Of a stretch of 64,000 nucleotides of DNA, positions 60,330 to 64,000 are shown piece after piece; position 1 is the stretch's first letter; each line of letters starts with the position of its first letter. This stretch comes from Myxococcota bacterium (GTDB lineage Bacteria > Myxococcota > SpSt-1050): NCBI GenBank assembly GCA_049969675.1, contig JBMFOP010000001.1:32001-96000 (forward strand). Reading direction: 5' to 3'. Both the position numbers and the translations under genes were made by a program. Below the pieces are notes generated by a model. It searched no databases and was not told the DNA's origin. It saw nothing but the letters and a program-made list of their open reading frames with translations.

Positions 60330-60907
60330 GAAAGGCAATTTTTATTATCTTAGGTTTGATAATTATATCAATTCTCCTCTTTGCACTCATAACCAGGTTT
60401 TATCTACCTTTTGAGTGTATTAAAGGAGATAAGTCAGAATGCATCAGTCGGGCGTCTGAATTGTCAGACAAGAATTTGCTCAAAAGGGTCTGCAGTAAGA
60501 TAGATAGAGATGGTTGTATTACACTCCTTGGTATGTTGCATTCAAAATCAAAGGATGATTTGATTCCATATATAAGCGACGACTATTGTAATCAGAATAT
60601 TTCCGCATTCTGTGCATTTTCTTCAATAGCATATAGCACTGATGGAGATAGTAGTAACGCACAGAATTTTGCACTGAAGGGTTGTGATTTAAATGAGGGG
60701 GTGAGCTGTGCTATTTTAGCAGGTATAGAGCTGGACAACGAGAAAGACGAAGACGCCTTAAAGAGCTCCCTTAAGGGTTGTCTTCTGAACTCCGCAGCCG
60801 CCTGTGCGATAGCCGGGACAATACTCATTAATAAGGGTGAGGAGAGGGAGGGGATGCAGTTTATTGATCGGTGTTGTGAACTGGGTGGCGAGGAGTGCTG
60901 TAATTAG
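60326..60907 (+). CDS. Membrane-anchored Cys-rich Sel1/Hcp-like repeat protein
   Basis: N-terminal TM; repeats KGCDL....SC..LA and KGCLL....AC..AG. Confidence 0.7.
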   Translation: MRKAIFIILGLIIISILLFALITRFYLPFECIKGDKSECISRASELSDKNLLKRVCSKIDRDGCITLLGMLHSKSKDDLIPYISDDYCNQNISAFCAFSSIAYSTDGDSSNAQNFALKGCDLNEGVSCAILAGIELDNEKDEDALKSSLKGCLLNSAAACAIAGTILINKGEEREGMQFIDRCCELGGEECCN

Positions 60908-60958
60908 AAAATTTTGCCGATTTTTTGACAGGATAAAAATTTGATTTATAAAGAAGAT

Positions 60959-62299
60959 ATGAGGGACTCAATAATAAAAATTGTCAGAAGACATACAGAG
61001 ACCGGAAAGAGGATATTCAGATTTTACCTAATTTTTCTCTCTATACTGATAACGGTAGTATTTATCTGGGGACTTACAAATGTAAAGAGAGATATCAGAA
61101 TTGATAAACGGATTATTGAGGACTTTGAGAATAAGAGTATAGAGGAGCATTTTCAGGAGATAGATGGAATCTGTGGAATTGATATCTCCCAATATAAGAT
61201 TGAACCCACAAAAATTGTTTTTGAAAATGGAGAGTATATATACAGATATCCTGATAAAAAAATTGCCCACCTTACCATTGTGCCTGAGATGCAAAACATA
61301 TTGAAGAAGAATCTTGAAACCTATTCGCTGCCATTTGCGGGCGCAATTGTTCTGGATGCATCAACGGGTAAGATTTTAGCTATGTATGAGAAGAGGCGGG
61401 ATAGCCGATACTCAATCTTTAGGACATATAAAGCCGCCTCTGTGTTCAAGATTATTACAATGGAGTCTCTGCTCTCGGAAAAGAATATAAATACAGATGA
61501 ACAGATGTGCTATTATGGTGGGAAGAGAAGTATTGAGAGAAGGCATCTCATTGAAAATCCAAAAAAGGACCATAAATGTTTAAATATAAATAAGGCATTG
61601 GGACACTCTGCAAATGTGATATTTGCCAGACTTGCTTATAGATATCTGGACAGAGAAATTCTTAGAAATCACACTACAAATTTTGGTTTCTTTGAATCTA
61701 TCCCGGTTGAGTTTGAGGTGGAGAGGAGTAATATCAATATCCCATCGGAGAGGGAAGAACTCGCATATACAGCAGCCGGTTTTGGAGAGACCTATATCAG
61801 TGTACTTCACGGGGCAATCATTGCATCCATCGTCGCAAATAACGGGATATATGTAAAGCCTTCAATAATAGAGCAGATAGAGGATGATGAACAAAATATA
61901 TTATATCAACACATCAGGACAGAATTCAAAGAGGTCTTTTCAAAAGATGTGGCGAACAGACTTAAGGAGATGATGAGATATACAATTACAGAGGGGACTG
62001 CCCATAAATTCTTTGCAAAGAGAAGACCTGTTGATTTTATCAGGGAGATACCTGTAGCAGGGAAGACTGGTTCAATTGCAGATAAAGGGAGTAATTACAC
62101 GGAATATAACTGGTTTGTAGGATTCGCACCAGTAGATAATCCCAAATATGTCATCTCTGTTATTACAATAAATTCTGAGAACATCTCTGCAAGGGCTACC
62201 TTATACGCAAAGAATATCTTAAATGACCTGTTCAAAATAAAGACAACTAAATACAAATTATCTGATGGCAAATCAGGAGAGATTCTGGGTATAAGATAG
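60959..62299 (+). CDS. Penicillin-binding transpeptidase-domain protein
   Basis: SVFK (SxxK), SAN (SxN), KTG; N-terminal TM; no transglycosylase domain. Confidence 0.92.
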   Translation: MRDSIIKIVRRHTETGKRIFRFYLIFLSILITVVFIWGLTNVKRDIRIDKRIIEDFENKSIEEHFQEIDGICGIDISQYKIEPTKIVFENGEYIYRYPDKKIAHLTIVPEMQNILKKNLETYSLPFAGAIVLDASTGKILAMYEKRRDSRYSIFRTYKAASVFKIITMESLLSEKNINTDEQMCYYGGKRSIERRHLIENPKKDHKCLNINKALGHSANVIFARLAYRYLDREILRNHTTNFGFFESIPVEFEVERSNINIPSEREELAYTAAGFGETYISVLHGAIIASIVANNGIYVKPSIIEQIEDDEQNILYQHIRTEFKEVFSKDVANRLKEMMRYTITEGTAHKFFAKRRPVDFIREIPVAGKTGSIADKGSNYTEYNWFVGFAPVDNPKYVISVITINSENISARATLYAKNILNDLFKIKTTKYKLSDGKSGEILGIR

Positions 62300-62301
62300 G
62301 A

Positions 62302-63297
62302 TTATAGCTCCATTGATGGATTTGCAAAGACATTCCTTAAATTATCGTAAGAGCCCCTGACTATTCTTCTGACAGCAGCGGCGGCTATCATAGCGGCATT
62401 GTCTGTACAAAATCTCCTCTCAGGGAAGAAGACCTCAATCCCATAGCCTTGAGCGTTTTTTATAAAATAATTTCTTATATAGTTATTGAATGCCACACCG
62501 CCAGAGAAGAGGACCTTTTTGATTCCAGTATTCTTAGAGGCAATTACTCCCTTTTCAAAGAGCGTTTTTGCAACGGCAAGCTGAAATGATGCAGCCAGAT
62601 TATTTCTATCTTCCGGGTTTTTTATAGGATACTTTCTTATGTAATCTATTACAAATGTCTTGAGTCCCGAAAAACTCATATCCACTCTATCTGGCATAAT
62701 ATCAGGGAATGTAATTGAATTTTCATCTCCCCTTTGTGCACACTTCTCTATCTCTGGACCACCAGGATAACCCAATCCAAGTACGCGCGCGACCTTGTCA
62801 AATGCCTCGCCTGCCGCATCATCAAATGTGGTCCCAATCTGTTGATAGTTGCCCCAATCTTCTACAATATAAATATTTGTATGCCCACCGGAGACTACCA
62901 TCCCTATAAATGGTGGTTTGAGCATATCACCTGAGAGTCTTATTGCTGCAAGATGACCTTCTAAGTGATTTACTCCTACAATAGGTTTGTTGAGGGCAAA
63001 GGATAATCCATTTGCGAATACTACGCCTATTAGCAATGAACCCATAAGTCCCGGACCGTTTGTAACAGCGATGGCGTCTATCTCCTCAATATTAAGATTT
63101 GCCTTTGATAGAGCCTCATTCACAACAGGATATATCTTGAGTATATGATTTCTGCTTGCAATCTCAGGAACCACACCGCCATATCGGGAGTGAATCTCTA
63201 CCTGAGATGCAACTATGTTTGAGAGGACATTAAAAGATGTATCAATTACAGCAGAGGAGGTTTCATCACAGGAAGATTCAATACCGAGGATATACAT
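62302..63297 (-). CDS. tsaD: tRNA threonylcarbamoyltransferase TsaD
   Basis: LGIESSCDET, GGVVPE.ASR.H, NHLEGH, VSGGHT, DDAAGEAFDK, TDNAAM. Confidence 0.98.
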   Translation of the reverse strand: MYILGIESSCDETSSAVIDTSFNVLSNIVASQVEIHSRYGGVVPEIASRNHILKIYPVVNEALSKANLNIEEIDAIAVTNGPGLMGSLLIGVVFANGLSFALNKPIVGVNHLEGHLAAIRLSGDMLKPPFIGMVVSGGHTNIYIVEDWGNYQQIGTTFDDAAGEAFDKVARVLGLGYPGGPEIEKCAQRGDENSITFPDIMPDRVDMSFSGLKTFVIDYIRKYPIKNPEDRNNLAASFQLAVAKTLFEKGVIASKNTGIKKVLFSGGVAFNNYIRNYFIKNAQGYGIEVFFPERRFCTDNAAMIAAAAVRRIVRGSYDNLRNVFANPSMEL

Positions 63298-64000
63298 TAT
63301 TTGAAGTATTCAATGTTTATATCTAAAAAGATATTATCTCTCTCCTCAATAGTCTTGAGCCACTCAAGATTTACTGAATGAGATTTGACCTCGTTATATA
63401 TTCGGGTAAATCTCAGTATATGGTCCGAAAATCTCTTATGCGCATATCCTACAGCGGTTCCGGTCTTCATTATGAATGCCCAGTCGCTGCTCTGAGCAAG
63501 GAGTAGTTCTCGAGCCGCCTGCCTGATTGCCCTATCGTCAATCTCATTTTTGCCATAGTAATAATTGGCAAGTTCATTCATCCTCTTCTCTGCCATATGC
63601 AGGTGTGGATATATCCAGGCATTTGACCCCTCTACCCATACCTCATAATAACCTTTATTACCCCATGAGGAACGGGCGGGATTGACTATCTGCTGTGTTG
63701 GATACTGCCTGAGATATTCGGATAGAGATAGGGTTTTGAAGACCTTCTGGTCATAATAGGATTTTCTAAAGAAGAAATTTAAGAAGTCAGGGCCCTCGAA
63801 CCACCAGTGCCCAAACAGTTCAGCATCATAGGGTGCAAGTACAATAGGCTTTATACCAAGTTTTGAATGCAGATATTCAATCTGTTTCTCTCTGTTAAAC
63901 ATAAAGTTACCTGCATGGATAGCGGCTTTATGTATTGCCGCATCTCTATTGTATGGTTCTTTGTGCTTTGTCTTCCCGGTGATTCTGTAATATTTTACTC
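63297..64000 (-). CDS. GH57 1,4-alpha-glucan branching enzyme (DUF1957), C-terminal part
   Basis: PYDAELFGHWWFEG, SSWG, RELLLAQSSDWAF; frame continues to the window edge. Confidence 0.92.
   Translation of the reverse strand, partial: VKYYRITGKTKHKEPYNRDAAIHKAAIHAGNFMFNREKQIEYLHSKLGIKPIVLAPYDAELFGHWWFEGPDFLNFFFRKSYYDQKVFKTLSLSEYLRQYPTQQIVNPARSSWGNKGYYEVWVEGSNAWIYPHLHMAEKRMNELANYYYGKNEIDDRAIRQAARELLLAQSSDWAFIMKTGTAVGYAHKRFSDHILRFTRIYNEVKSHSVNLEWLKTIEERDNIFLDINIEYFK

Noticed and set aside
323..62934. Many short antisense or out-of-frame ORFs overlapping confident genes (for example 17403-17768, 26763-27086, 28294-28719, 34056-34517)
   Set aside because: Shadow ORFs of well-supported genes, with no motifs of their own
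1..64000. CRISPR array, rRNA, prophage, intact transposase or integrase
   Set aside because: No regularly spaced repeat-spacer array, rRNA-like sequence, phage genes or full-length recombinase seen

Overview
AT-rich bacterial chromosome window. Gene content points to a deltaproteobacterial/Myxococcota-type organism (inference): gspN-containing T2SS, PilZ and J-domain/TPR proteins, PP2C-cNMP fusion, Cys-rich lipoproteins. Housekeeping content: 3' half of a type II secretion operon (gspF-N), osmC-trxB, rho, ruvX-mltG, rplU-rpmA-yebC-ruvCAB-lpxC, tRNA-Leu(GAG), lptFG, tsaC-like, asnS, rdgB, glnA, tsaD and a partial GH57 gene. Most interesting signals: (1) a three-gene operon with a sigma54-type promoter (18553-20891, minus strand) whose first product ends in an ungapped match to the type III secretion needle (SctF/PrgI) C-terminus and is followed by two translocator-like proteins, with no injectisome genes in the window; (2) an orphan pair of nitrogenase component-1-like genes (34570-37699) with a reduced cluster-ligand set and no NifH-type partner nearby; (3) internally deleted IS4-type relics (three two-ended copies plus one solo end), one enclosing a cargo gene and hairpin arrays; (4) three coding anomalies: an in-frame TGA in a Cys-rich lipoprotein, a probable ACG start and a T-tract frameshift; (5) a tandem radical-SAM protein coupled to a GT-C mannosyltransferase. 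All calls are by eye, without database searches.
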